64,000 bases of DNA from Frankiales bacterium (GTDB lineage: Bacteria > Actinomycetota > Actinomycetes > Mycobacteriales > Jatrophihabitantaceae), in the NCBI GenBank assembly GCA_025966315.1, contig JAOPUZ010000068.1, forward strand, positions 52,834 through 116,833, written 5' to 3'. The translations under genes and the position numbers were made by a program. Below are positions 40,570 to 50,050 of this stretch, piece after piece. The first letter of the stretch is position 1. Each line of letters begins with the position of its first letter. The notes under the pieces were generated by a model. It was not told the origin of the DNA. It did no database searches and saw only the letters and a list, made by a program, of their open reading frames with translations.

Positions 40570-42468
40570 ATGACCTCGTCCTACGCCGAGCAGCCCATGA
40601 CCAACGTGGGCGATCACCGGGGGGCGCTCGGCTCCAGAACCGTACCCATCTCGGATTACGGCTTTCTCTCCGACGGTGAGGTCACGGCGCTGGTCTCCCC
40701 CGCCGGCTGCGTCGAGTGGATGTGTCTGCCCCGGATGGATTCACCCAGCGTCTTCGGAGCGATGCTCGATCGGCACGCCGGTACGTTCCGGGTTGCGCCG
40801 GCCGACGTCACGGTGCCGGCGGCCCGTCGATATCTGCCGGGCACGATGATTCTGGAAACGAGTTGGGGCACCGATACGGGCTGGATCATTGTGCGCGACG
40901 TCCTGCTCATCGGGCCATGGCGGCACGAGAACGAGCTGTCCCACAGCCATCGCCGGATACCGACGGACTACGACGCCGAGCACGTCTTGCTCCGCACGAT
41001 CCGATGTGTGAGTGGCGAAGTGCAGACGGTTATGAGCTGCGAGCCCGTGCTGGACTACGGCCGCGAATTCGTCCGGTGGAACTACACCGACCGTGCGTAT
41101 CACCAAGCCACCACGAAAGCCGAAGGCCAGGACCTGATGCTGACGCTGACCACGGACATGCGGCTGGGACTCGAAGGCGGCCAGGCCAGTGCTCGGACGC
41201 TGCTGCGCGAGGGTGACACCCGATTCGTCGCCCTGTCGTGGGGCAGCAAACAGCCGCCGACCGAGTACACCGACGCCTATTCGCGGCTGGTCTGGACGGC
41301 TCATCACTGGCAACACTGGTTGGCCCGCGGCCGCTTCCCCGATCATCCGTGGCGCAGCTACCTGCAGCGCAGCGCGTTGACGTTGAAGGGGTTGACCTTC
41401 GCCCCGACGGGCGCGATCGCCGCCGCCGCGACCACCTCGCTACCTGAGACGCTGGGGGGCGAGCGTAACTACGACTACCGCTACACCTGGATCCGGGACG
41501 CCACTTTCGCCTTGTGGGGTATGTATTCTCTCGGCTTCGACTGGGAGGCCGTCGATTTCTTTTCCTTTATTGCCGACCTGGCCGAACGTGACGACGACCT
41601 GCAGATCATGTACGGCATCGGTGGTGAACGAGAACTGCCGGAATCGATCCTGCATCACCTGTCGGGTTACGCCGGCTCCCGGCCGGTGCGTATCGGCAAC
41701 GCGGCCAGCACGCAGGTCCAGCACGACGTCTGGGGCGCGCTGCTGGATTCGGTCTACCTGCATTCCAAGACCGCCGATCACCTGGACGGCCGGATCTGGC
41801 CGATCCTGGGCAAGCAGGTCAGCGCGGCGCTGGAGCATTGGCACGAGCCCGACGCCGGCATCTGGGAGGTACGCGGGGAACTGCGGCATTTCACCTCGTC
41901 CAAGATCATGTGCTGGGTCGCTGTAGATCGTGGCGCGAAACTGGCCACCATGATCGGCCAGGACCTCGAGGCGTCGCGGTGGCAAGAGGCGGCGGACGAG
42001 ATCAAAGCGGACATCCTGGAGCACGCCGTCGACGAGCGGGGCGTGTTCACCCAGCATTACGGCACCACCGCGCTGGACGCCTCGTTGCTGCTGGCGGTCC
42101 TGGTCCGATTCCTGCCGCCCGACGACGCCCGGATCCGGGCTACGGTGCTGGCCATCGCGGACGAGCTGACCGTGGACGGCCTGGTGCTGCGCTACCGAAC
42201 GGAAGAAACCGACGACGGTTTCAGCGGCGAGGAGGGAACGTTCACCATTTGCTCGTTCTGGCTCGTGTCCGCGCTCTGCGAGATCGGTGAATTGGCTCGC
42301 GCGCGGGCCTTGTGCGCGAAGCTGCTCTCGTTCGCCGGCCCGCTGGAGCTTTACGCCGAAGAGATCGATCCGCACACCGGCCGCCATTTGGGCAACTTCC
42401 CGCAGGCGTTCACGCATCTGGCATTGATCAATGCCGTGCTGCACGTGATCGCGACCGAAGACGGGTAA
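40570..42468 (+). CDS. glycoside hydrolase family 15 (glucoamylase/trehalase-like)
   Basis: GAIAAAATTSLPE...GGERNYDYRYTWIRDA and C-terminal QAFTHLALINA are typical of actinobacterial GH15 enzymes. Confidence 0.85.
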   Translation: MTSSYAEQPMTNVGDHRGALGSRTVPISDYGFLSDGEVTALVSPAGCVEWMCLPRMDSPSVFGAMLDRHAGTFRVAPADVTVPAARRYLPGTMILETSWGTDTGWIIVRDVLLIGPWRHENELSHSHRRIPTDYDAEHVLLRTIRCVSGEVQTVMSCEPVLDYGREFVRWNYTDRAYHQATTKAEGQDLMLTLTTDMRLGLEGGQASARTLLREGDTRFVALSWGSKQPPTEYTDAYSRLVWTAHHWQHWLARGRFPDHPWRSYLQRSALTLKGLTFAPTGAIAAAATTSLPETLGGERNYDYRYTWIRDATFALWGMYSLGFDWEAVDFFSFIADLAERDDDLQIMYGIGGERELPESILHHLSGYAGSRPVRIGNAASTQVQHDVWGALLDSVYLHSKTADHLDGRIWPILGKQVSAALEHWHEPDAGIWEVRGELRHFTSSKIMCWVAVDRGAKLATMIGQDLEASRWQEAADEIKADILEHAVDERGVFTQHYGTTALDASLLLAVLVRFLPPDDARIRATVLAIADELTVDGLVLRYRTEETDDGFSGEEGTFTICSFWLVSALCEIGELARARALCAKLLSFAGPLELYAEEIDPHTGRHLGNFPQAFTHLALINAVLHVIATEDG

Positions 42469-42486
42469 CACCGCCTCAGTGGCGAG

Positions 42487-43347
42487 ATGCGCGATAGTGG
42501 TGCGATGCAGAGCGTCCAACTCGACTGGCACCAGACCGCGGTCCTGACCGTCGGGTTGGCCGGCGCCGGGATCGCCACGGCCCGCGCGCTCACCGGCTGG
42601 CGGGCAAAGGTGGCGCCGTATCTGCGCGAGACCGCCATCATCGCCGGGCTGTACACGCTCTGGCAGCTGGCCGGCTCGGTCTCGTTCCTCGGCAGCGGCG
42701 ACGCGATCTCTCGCGGGCAGACGTTGCTGCGTTGGGAGCGGCTCGTCGATCTGCCGTCCGAGGCAAGGGTCCAACGTCTGATCGATGGTCATTCGCTGAT
42801 CGAGCAGGCGTGCAACGTCTATTACGCGGTCATGCATTTCACCGGCCTGGGGATCTTCCTCGTCTGGTTGTTCATCCGGCATCGGGACCGCTACCCCTTC
42901 GTCCGCAACGTGTTGGCTGCCCTCACCGCGGCTTGCCTGCTGCTGCAGCTGATTCCGGTCGCACCGCCGCGCCTGCTACCCGGTGGCGGCTTCATCGACA
43001 CCGCGGCCATCCACGGACAGTCGATGTACAACCAATCGCTGCTGACCGTCGATCAGCTCGCCGCGATGCCGTCGGTGCATGTCGGCTGGTCGGTGCTGCT
43101 GGCTTGGGCGGTGATCACCGTCAGTTCGAGCCGGTACCGATGGTGGATCGTCGCGCACCCGGCCATCACGGTGTTCGTCGTGGTGGCGACCGCCAACCAC
43201 TACTGGGCCGACGGCATCGTCGCGGTCGCGCTGCTGGTCGCCTCGATCCTGGCCGTCCGGCTGGTGACAACGCTGAGCCGCGATCAGGTGGGCGGTCGGG
43301 TGCGGGTGAACGCGGTGACGCCGGCTGAGGTCGCTCCGGAGATGTGA
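42487..43347 (+). CDS. PAP2-superfamily (inositolphosphoceramide-synthase-like C-terminal type) membrane protein
   Basis: Polytopic, with motif AAMPSVHVGWS...ATANHYWADG, typical of the PAP2_C-like group. Confidence 0.7.
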   Translation: MRDSGAMQSVQLDWHQTAVLTVGLAGAGIATARALTGWRAKVAPYLRETAIIAGLYTLWQLAGSVSFLGSGDAISRGQTLLRWERLVDLPSEARVQRLIDGHSLIEQACNVYYAVMHFTGLGIFLVWLFIRHRDRYPFVRNVLAALTAACLLLQLIPVAPPRLLPGGGFIDTAAIHGQSMYNQSLLTVDQLAAMPSVHVGWSVLLAWAVITVSSSRYRWWIVAHPAITVFVVVATANHYWADGIVAVALLVASILAVRLVTTLSRDQVGGRVRVNAVTPAEVAPEM

Positions 43348-43419
43348 CCTGATCAAGCCGCCGGCATCAGTTCCGCATCCTCGCGTGCGCCGCTTCCGGC
43401 CGGGCGGTAACTTGCCGCC

Positions 43420-44673
43420 ATGACGAGACGCCTATCGTCCCGCCGCCTGACCGGGTTGGTGACGCTCGCGCTGCTGGTGCCGCTGCTCGGCGGGTACGCG
43501 GTCGCAGTGTTGCGCAGCCCGCGCGCGGCGGCGTCCGGGCCGATCATTTATACCTACGAGGTACGAGGTCTGCAGAACCGCAGCAGTCTCACCCCACTGG
43601 CCCAGCTGGCCGCGCAGACCTACGCCGACCCGCGCGGCTGGGGGCTGGGTGGATCGATCGTCTTCCGGCGGGTCGCCAGCGGCGGAAACTTCACCCTGTG
43701 GCTCAGCGCCGCCAGCCGAGTGCCGGGCTTCGGCTCGCCCTGTGATAGCGAATATTCCTGTACCAGCGGGCGAAACGTGATCATCAACGAAGATCGCTGG
43801 CTCGACGGCAGTGCCGCCTGGAACGCCTCGGGCGCAAATTTGGGCTTATACCGAACGATGGTCATCAACCACGAGACCGGGCACTGGTTGGGGTTCGCGC
43901 ACGAGTTCTGCGGTGGTGCCGGACAGGCAGCGCCGGTGATGCAGCAACAGTCGATATCGTTACAAGGCTGCCGGCCGAACTCGTGGCCCACCGCCGCCGA
44001 ACGGCAGCGGCTGGCCAGCTCACGACACGTGCGAATCGGCACCCCGTTGCCCTACGGGTCTCTGGACGCGGTCAGCGCCGTGTTCAAGGGCGTGCGGGTG
44101 TCGGGCTGGGCGGTCGGCCGGGGCACGTCCGCCCCGATCCGGGTGGCCATATACATCGACGGTCGAGGCCGTTCCAGCACAGCCTCGCGGTCCCGACCGG
44201 ATGTAGCTCGAGCACACCCAGGTGCGGGTTCGGCCCATGGCTTCGTCCTCACGCTGGCCGAGCCGGCCGGCCGGCACCAGGTCTGCGTCTATGCGGTGGC
44301 TGCCGCCGGGCACACCGGGCTGGGTTGCCGCACGGTGACGGTGAGCGGGGCGCCGATCGGCCGGCTCGACATCGTGCGTGGCGCGGCCGGCTCGGTCAGC
44401 GCCGCCGGGTGGGCTCTTGATCCGGATACCAGCAAGCCGATCCGGGTGCATGTTTACGTCGGCCGCAATGCCATCGCGATCACCGCCGCGGCGTCGCGTC
44501 CGGACGTCGGCCGCCGCTACCCGGGCCTCGGCGCCAACCACGGCTTCGTGACGTCGGTGCGGGCCACCTCCGGTCGCAACCAGGTGTGCGCGTACGCGAT
44601 CGACTCCACTGGCGTGGGGCACACGCTGCTCGGCTGCCGACCCGTCACGGTCCCGGCGCCAGTCCCGGGATAG
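43420..44673 (+). CDS. DUF3152-like putative Zn-metallopeptidase with duplicated C-terminal module
   Basis: N-terminal TM/signal anchor, DPRGWG, and HETGH (HExxH) in VINHETGHWLGFAH. Two tandem modules of about 98 aa lie at aa 211-308 and 312-411. Confidence 0.75.
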   Translation: MTRRLSSRRLTGLVTLALLVPLLGGYAVAVLRSPRAAASGPIIYTYEVRGLQNRSSLTPLAQLAAQTYADPRGWGLGGSIVFRRVASGGNFTLWLSAASRVPGFGSPCDSEYSCTSGRNVIINEDRWLDGSAAWNASGANLGLYRTMVINHETGHWLGFAHEFCGGAGQAAPVMQQQSISLQGCRPNSWPTAAERQRLASSRHVRIGTPLPYGSLDAVSAVFKGVRVSGWAVGRGTSAPIRVAIYIDGRGRSSTASRSRPDVARAHPGAGSAHGFVLTLAEPAGRHQVCVYAVAAAGHTGLGCRTVTVSGAPIGRLDIVRGAAGSVSAAGWALDPDTSKPIRVHVYVGRNAIAITAAASRPDVGRRYPGLGANHGFVTSVRATSGRNQVCAYAIDSTGVGHTLLGCRPVTVPAPVPG

Positions 44674-44714
44674 GCTCGCCAGACAGGTCACGTCGCGTGA
44701 GGAGCACACGGGGG

Positions 44715-45746
44715 ATGGTGCAGACAGCGGAACCGCAACCGGTGCTGACGCCGCTGACCGAGGCGGCCATTTTCCTGGTTGTGACCGTCGATGATGGCGC
44801 TGAGGACGAGACGGTCGAGCTGTTGGGCGACGTCGCCGGGATCACGCGTTCGGTCGGCTTCCGTGAGCCGGACGGTGAGCTCAGGTGTGTGGTCGGCATC
44901 GGATCCCTGCTGTGGGATCGCCTGTTCGGCAGTCCGCGGCCGCTCGGGCTGCACCCGTTCCAGGAGCTGGTCGGCGAGAAGCACACCGCGGTCGCAACGC
45001 CAGGCGATCTGCTCTTTCACCTGCGGGCGCGCCGAATGGACCTCTGTTTCGAGTTGGCCGGCCAGCTCGTCGATCGGCTGACCGGGTACGGAGTGGTCGT
45101 GGACGAGGTGCACGGGTTCAAGTATTTCGACGAACGGGACCTACTCGGTTTCGTCGACGGCACTGAGAATCCCACTGGCCCGTCGGCGATCGACGTCGCG
45201 ACGATCGGTGACGAAGACCCGGATTTCTCGGGCGGCAGCTACGTGATCGTGCAGAAGTACTTGCATGACCTGAACGCCTGGAACGCGCTGACGGTCGCCG
45301 ACCAGGAGCTCGTGATCGGCCGGCGAAAGCTGACCAACATCGAACTACCCGACGACGTGAAGCCGGCCAACTCGCACGTCGCGCTCAACACGATCACCGG
45401 TGCGGACGGCGATGAACAGCAGATCGTGCGCGACAACATGCCCTTCGGTACGGTCGGCAAGGGCGAGTTCGGAACGTATTTCATCGGCTACTCCGCCACC
45501 CCGGACGTCACCGAGCAGATGCTGCAGAACATGTTCCTGGGCGATCCACCGGGCAACTACGACCGGATTCTGGATTTTTCCACGGCAGTTACCGGCACCT
45601 TGTTCTTCGTTCCGAGTGCCGACTTCCTCGACGACGTACCGGCGCAGAGGCCTACGGTTGAGGACGATCCCGACCCCGACGTCGTCGTCACCGCCCCATC
45701 CGACGGATCCCTGCACATCGGCAGTCTGAAGAGGAGCTCGATATGA
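44715..45746 (+). CDS. DyP-type peroxidase with C-terminal encapsulin targeting peptide
   Basis: DyP core (GFVDGTENP, NSHVALN) with no signal peptide. The C-terminal SDGSLHIGSLKRSSI resembles the encapsulin cargo-loading motif SLxIGSLK. Confidence 0.9.
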   Translation: MVQTAEPQPVLTPLTEAAIFLVVTVDDGAEDETVELLGDVAGITRSVGFREPDGELRCVVGIGSLLWDRLFGSPRPLGLHPFQELVGEKHTAVATPGDLLFHLRARRMDLCFELAGQLVDRLTGYGVVVDEVHGFKYFDERDLLGFVDGTENPTGPSAIDVATIGDEDPDFSGGSYVIVQKYLHDLNAWNALTVADQELVIGRRKLTNIELPDDVKPANSHVALNTITGADGDEQQIVRDNMPFGTVGKGEFGTYFIGYSATPDVTEQMLQNMFLGDPPGNYDRILDFSTAVTGTLFFVPSADFLDDVPAQRPTVEDDPDPDVVVTAPSDGSLHIGSLKRSSI

Positions 45747-46543
45747 ACAACCTGCATCGCGAACTTGCGCCGATATCGGACGCGGCGTGGGCGGACATCG
45801 AGACCGAAGCCCGCCGGACCTTCAGCCGGCACGTCGCGGCTCGACGGGTGGTGGACCTGATCGGGCCGAAGGGTCCGACCTTTGCCGCGGTCGGGACCGG
45901 ACACCTGGAAGAGCTGGCCCACCCGGCGCCGGGAGTGCGGGCCCGAGGCCGAATCGTGCAGCCGTTGGTCGAGTTCCGGGTGCCGTTCATCGTCGATCGG
46001 CAGGCCGTCGATGACGTCGACCGTGGGGCCAAGGATTCGGACTGGCAACCGGTCAAGGACGCGGCCAAGCAGATCGCGTTCGTCGAGGACCACGCGGTGT
46101 TCGACGGATATGTTCCCGCCGGCATTGCCGGTATTCGGGCCAGTACCTCCAACGCCCCGGTCACGCTGCCGGCCAACGTGCTGGAGTACCCGAACGCCGT
46201 CGCGCAGGCCTTGACGACCCTGCGGCTAGCTGGCGTGGGCGGGCCGTACACGCTGATGTTGTCAGCCGATGCCTATACCGAGGTCGCTGAGACGACCGAT
46301 CACGGGTACCCGATTCGCGAACACATCGCCCGGGTGCTCAATGGCGGAGAGATCATCTGGGCGCCGGCGTTGGATGGTGCGGTGTTGTTGTCGGCCCGTG
46401 GCGGCGACTACGAGCTGTACGTCGGGCAGGATCTGTCGATCGGATACTTGTCGCACACGGCGAGTCAGATCGAGCTCTACTTCCAGGAGTCGTTCACGTT
46501 TCTCGTCCAGACCAGCGAAGCCGGCGTCATCCTGTCGCCCTGA
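45743..46543 (+). CDS. family 1 encapsulin nanocompartment shell protein (linocin M18-like)
   Basis: MNNLHRELAPISDAAWADIETEARRTF is a canonical encapsulin N-terminus. 266 aa. Its ATG overlaps the DyP stop (ATGA). Confidence 0.9.
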   Translation: MNNLHRELAPISDAAWADIETEARRTFSRHVAARRVVDLIGPKGPTFAAVGTGHLEELAHPAPGVRARGRIVQPLVEFRVPFIVDRQAVDDVDRGAKDSDWQPVKDAAKQIAFVEDHAVFDGYVPAGIAGIRASTSNAPVTLPANVLEYPNAVAQALTTLRLAGVGGPYTLMLSADAYTEVAETTDHGYPIREHIARVLNGGEIIWAPALDGAVLLSARGGDYELYVGQDLSIGYLSHTASQIELYFQESFTFLVQTSEAGVILSP

Positions 46544-46731
46544 CGGGCGCCCGAATCGCTCGCTCGTCAGATCGGGAACCAATTGCCGCCCAGCGCGACA
46601 TTTTCGTCCGCGACCGCGGGCGGTTAATGCACGTTCTGAATTAGCGTCGGCTGATAGCCGGATCCAGACCGCGCGGCCTCCAGCTAGGCTCCCCAGATGC
46701 GCTCGATCATGGCGAACGCGGCGTCCCCGCG

Positions 46732-47799
46732 ATGATCGCCTTCCGGCGCAACCATGAGCGCATCGGCCTGCGGCAGGTCATACGCCCCGCGGTCGGCATC
46801 CTGGCCATCCTGCTGGTCGGTGAGTATGTGCTGCTCCCCCAGATTGCCGGTGCTCGCAAAACGATCCATCTGCTCACCGGCATCGACCCCTGGTGGCTCA
46901 TGGCGGGCATGCTGGCCGAGATCGCGTCCCTGCTGGCCTACGCCCGGCTGAGCCAGCTGACCGTTCGCTCCTCGCCCCGGGTCAGTTTCGCGAAGATGCT
47001 GCAGATCGATCTGAGCACCTTGGCCGTGAGCCACGTCGTGCCGGCCGGCTCGCTGGTCGGCATCGGTCTGGGCTACCGCCTGGTAGTTCGCTCCGGCGTG
47101 CCACCGAGCGCGGCGGTGAGTGGTAAGGCCTTGCAGACCGTCGGATCGGCGGTGGTGCTCAATGTGATCCTCGGTGGTGGGTTGGTGGCCGCGCTGATCC
47201 TGCACGGCGGTGATGCGCTGTACACGCCGATTGCCTGCGCCGGGCTGGTGTTGATCATCGTCGTATTCGGAACGAGTGCGCTGATCCTGCGCCGACAGCA
47301 GCGCATCATCGAGCTGGCGACTGGTTTGCTGGCTCGGCTGCCGCACGTCAATCCGGATTCCGGTCGCCGGCTCATCGAATCCCTGGCCGCCACTCTCCGC
47401 GCATTGGTCACCGATCGAACTTTTCTTCGGCGGACATTGGCCTGGGCCACAATGAACTGGGTTTTCGACGCTCTGGCGCTGTGGTGCTCGGTGCGCGCGT
47501 TCGGTCATGCGCTCGGACCGGTCGGGCTTACCGTCGCCTACGGCCTGGCCAATGTGGCCGCCGCGCTGCCGTTCACGCCCGGTGGCCTGGGAATCGTCGA
47601 GGGGATCTTGGTGCCCTCGCTCGTGGCGTTCGAAACGACGCGTGGTATCGCAATTCTCGGGGTGCTGACCTGGCGACTGTTCTCGTTCTGGATTCCCATT
47701 CCCGTCGGCCTTGCCTGCTATGCGCCAATGGCTTCCCACCATGACTCGACCGTTGACCAATCCCCAGCGTCGATCGCCGCGCCACCTGCGCCGGGCTGA
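46732..47799 (+). CDS. lysylphosphatidylglycerol-synthase TM-region (flippase-like, UPF0104) membrane protein
   Basis: 8-TM protein with ...TPGGLGIVEG... motif near the C-terminal third. Confidence 0.75.
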   Translation: MIAFRRNHERIGLRQVIRPAVGILAILLVGEYVLLPQIAGARKTIHLLTGIDPWWLMAGMLAEIASLLAYARLSQLTVRSSPRVSFAKMLQIDLSTLAVSHVVPAGSLVGIGLGYRLVVRSGVPPSAAVSGKALQTVGSAVVLNVILGGGLVAALILHGGDALYTPIACAGLVLIIVVFGTSALILRRQQRIIELATGLLARLPHVNPDSGRRLIESLAATLRALVTDRTFLRRTLAWATMNWVFDALALWCSVRAFGHALGPVGLTVAYGLANVAAALPFTPGGLGIVEGILVPSLVAFETTRGIAILGVLTWRLFSFWIPIPVGLACYAPMASHHDSTVDQSPASIAAPPAPG

Positions 47800-47815
47800 T
47801 CTCGATGCGGCTGTC

Positions 47816-47854
47816 GCCCGTTGCGGGCGCCCGTTGCGGGGGCGCCCGTTGCGG
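47816..47854. repeat. three tandem copies of a mini-palindromic unit GCCCGTTGCGG
   Basis: Units lie at 47816-26, 47829-39 and 47844-54 (periods 13 and 15 bp). The first two read GCCCG-TTG-CGGGC, a 5-bp stem; the third ends CGGCC, so it has no such stem. They start 17 nt after the upstream stop codon. Confidence 0.8.
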
Positions 47855-48146
47855 CCGGCGAACTTTCTGTCGCTGCGGAGGAACCTGACGCCACACATCG
47901 ATGGGCTGTCTCGTCCTTGTGAGCGACCTCCAGTCGCGCCGCCACCGGCAACCACGGCGGCGGCGGTGCCTGAGCTGGTCTTGCACAAGCTGATCGAGCT
48001 GAGCGAAACGCCAGCGGCCCTCGTCCTATCCATGTGGGATCGCCCGGCGCGATGCTTGGGCGGGGCACGATACTCGGGATTACGAACCGAGCGGGCGAAT
48101 CTGAAGTGGTGTTGCTGTTCTCAGGGCCGGGCGTGTCCGCCGCGAG

Positions 48147-48988
48147 CTAGCGGGCGTTCTCAGGAGCGTGAACGTCGTGATGGGCCAGGATCGTCAGTTC
48201 TTGCAACGCCTTATAGGTACGGGTATCGGGATCGGCGTGATAGATGATCATGAGCTGCCGATCGGCGCCGGTGACCACGAACTTCTCGGTGCGTAGTTCC
48301 AGTGGCCCGACGACCGGGTGGTGCATTCGGCTGGTTCCGCTCTCCTTGTTGTGGACATCTTGCTTGGCCCACAGTTGCCGAAACCGTTCACTGCCCAGGG
48401 ACAGCTCGCCGACCAGTTCGTTAAGGCGGGGGTCGTCGAGATCGGCCCCCACGATTGCGCGCTACCCGGACACGGACTCCTCGGTCGCGCGTTCCCAATC
48501 CTGGTGCAGTTCCCTGTCCCGTGGGTCGAGAAACACGGCGCGCAGCAGGTTGACACCGGGTCGGAACTGTGGCGATAGGGCGCGAGCGAGTGGATTGGCA
48601 GCAAGCACATCCATGAACCGGCCTTGGATGAAGATCGGTGCCGTGAGCTGATCGAGAGCTGTACCACCCCGGTCGGGACGCGTTCGAACGCTGGTCGCGG
48701 CGGCTGCTTCAGGCTGTGCTGGGCGAGTTGGTGTAGGTAGGTGACCGCATCGGCATCTAGCTGCAGCACCGCGGCGATCGAGTCCAGGACCTGTCGCGAG
48801 GGATGGTGATCGCGGCCTTGCTCGAGCCGTAGTTAGTAGTCCGGGCTGATGCCGGCCAGCAGGGCGAGTTCCTCGCGGCGCAGCCCCGGCACTCGCCGCC
48901 GCGGCCCTCGGGGGATGCCGACGGCTTCAGGCGTGACGAGTTGGCGTCGCGCCTTGAGGTAGGCACCGAGCGGGTTCGAGACGTCCAC
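48147..48988 (-). pseudogene. MmyB-like XRE-family HTH regulator, inactivated
   Basis: A conceptual read gives VDVSNPLGAYLKARRQL...GLRREELALLAGISPDY*LRLEQGRDHHPS...VVQL, then a frame change to ..DQLTAPIFIQGRFMDVLAAN...SVSG*RAIVGADLDDPRLNELVGEL... There is an in-frame TAA at 48833-35, a TAG at 48462-64 and a frameshift near 48645-48665. Confidence 0.75.
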
Positions 48989-49234
48989 GAAGTCGAATCT
49001 AGTGGCGCCCAGCGCCCGCGTGCAGCTCCTGGTAGCTCGGGTCTGGTGCCGTTTGGATCGGTCCGGCGCGGGGCGAAGGGGGTGAGTGTGCGGCTGATCC
49101 TGGTCCTGTCAGGGCCCTGTCTTAGCGGGGTCTGACCTCGCCAGCGGCATCGCGTCGAGACTCGTTTCAGCAGCGCCGCCCGGGTGTCCCCATCTCGGGA
49201 TAGCCGATGACGGCGACGCTGGAAGGAGAGCACT

Positions 49235-50046
49235 ATGAGGAACTTCATCGTGTCCGCGTTCACGCGCGAGACCACCGCCGACGAAGTCAGTAAGGGCATC
49301 GACCTGTCAGGTAAACGCGCCATCGTCACCGGCGGCGCGTCTGGCATCGGTGTCGAGACCGCCCGCACCCTGGCGCGCCGCGGCGCCTCGGTCACTATCG
49401 CAGCCCGCCGCGTCGACGCCGCACAGAAGGTCGCAGATGAGATCGCGGCCGACACCGGCAACCCCAACGTCCACGTGGCCGCCCTCGAGCTCACCGACCG
49501 CAAGTCGGTCGCGGATTTCGCCGCGGCCTGGTCCGGCCCGCTGCACCTGTTGATCAACAACGCCGGGGTAGTGGCGATCCAAGATCTGACCCTGTCGGCG
49601 GAGGGTCATGAGATGCAGTTCGCGACCAATCACCTCGGCCACTTCGACCTGGCCACCCGCCTGCACCCCGCGTTGGCAGCAGCAGACGGTGCCCGGATCG
49701 TGGCGCTGAGCTCTTCAGGCCACCTGTTCGGCCCGGTCGTCTTCGACGATATCGACTTCCGATTCCGGGCCTACGACCCTCTGGCGGCCTACGCACAATC
49801 CAAGTCCGCCGAAATCCTGTTCGCCGTGGGCGCCACCCAGCGGTGGGCCGCGGACGGCATCGTGGCCAACGCGGTCAATCCCGGAGCCATCGCCACTCCG
49901 CTGCAGCGCCACGTCGGCGGCAAACTGGCCACCCCACCACACCTGCAGAAGAACGTCACCTCAACGCGAGCGACTCAAGCCTGCAACCGATCACCGACTA
50001 GCAAGCCCTCAAGAAAAGGGCCGGGGCGGCTCCGTTTACCGAGGTC
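49235..50046 (+). pseudogene. SDR-family oxidoreductase, probably 3'-degraded
   Basis: Intact TGGASGIG, NNAG and YAQSK motifs up to about NPGAIATPLQRHVGG. After about 49940 the frame yields non-SDR sequence. A shifted frame shows only a faint ASPQ..G.GG.Y resemblance and then a stop. About 80-90 C-terminal residues expected for this SDR type are missing. Confidence 0.5.
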
Positions 50047-50050
50047 GGTA
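50019..50050. other. perfect 13-bp inverted repeat (stem-loop)
   Basis: GGCTCCGTTTACC-gaggtc-GGTAAACGGAGCC. On the minus strand it is followed by ...CCCTTTTCTTG. It lies about 200 nt downstream of the nrdJ stop, inside the degraded SDR tail. Confidence 0.5.
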
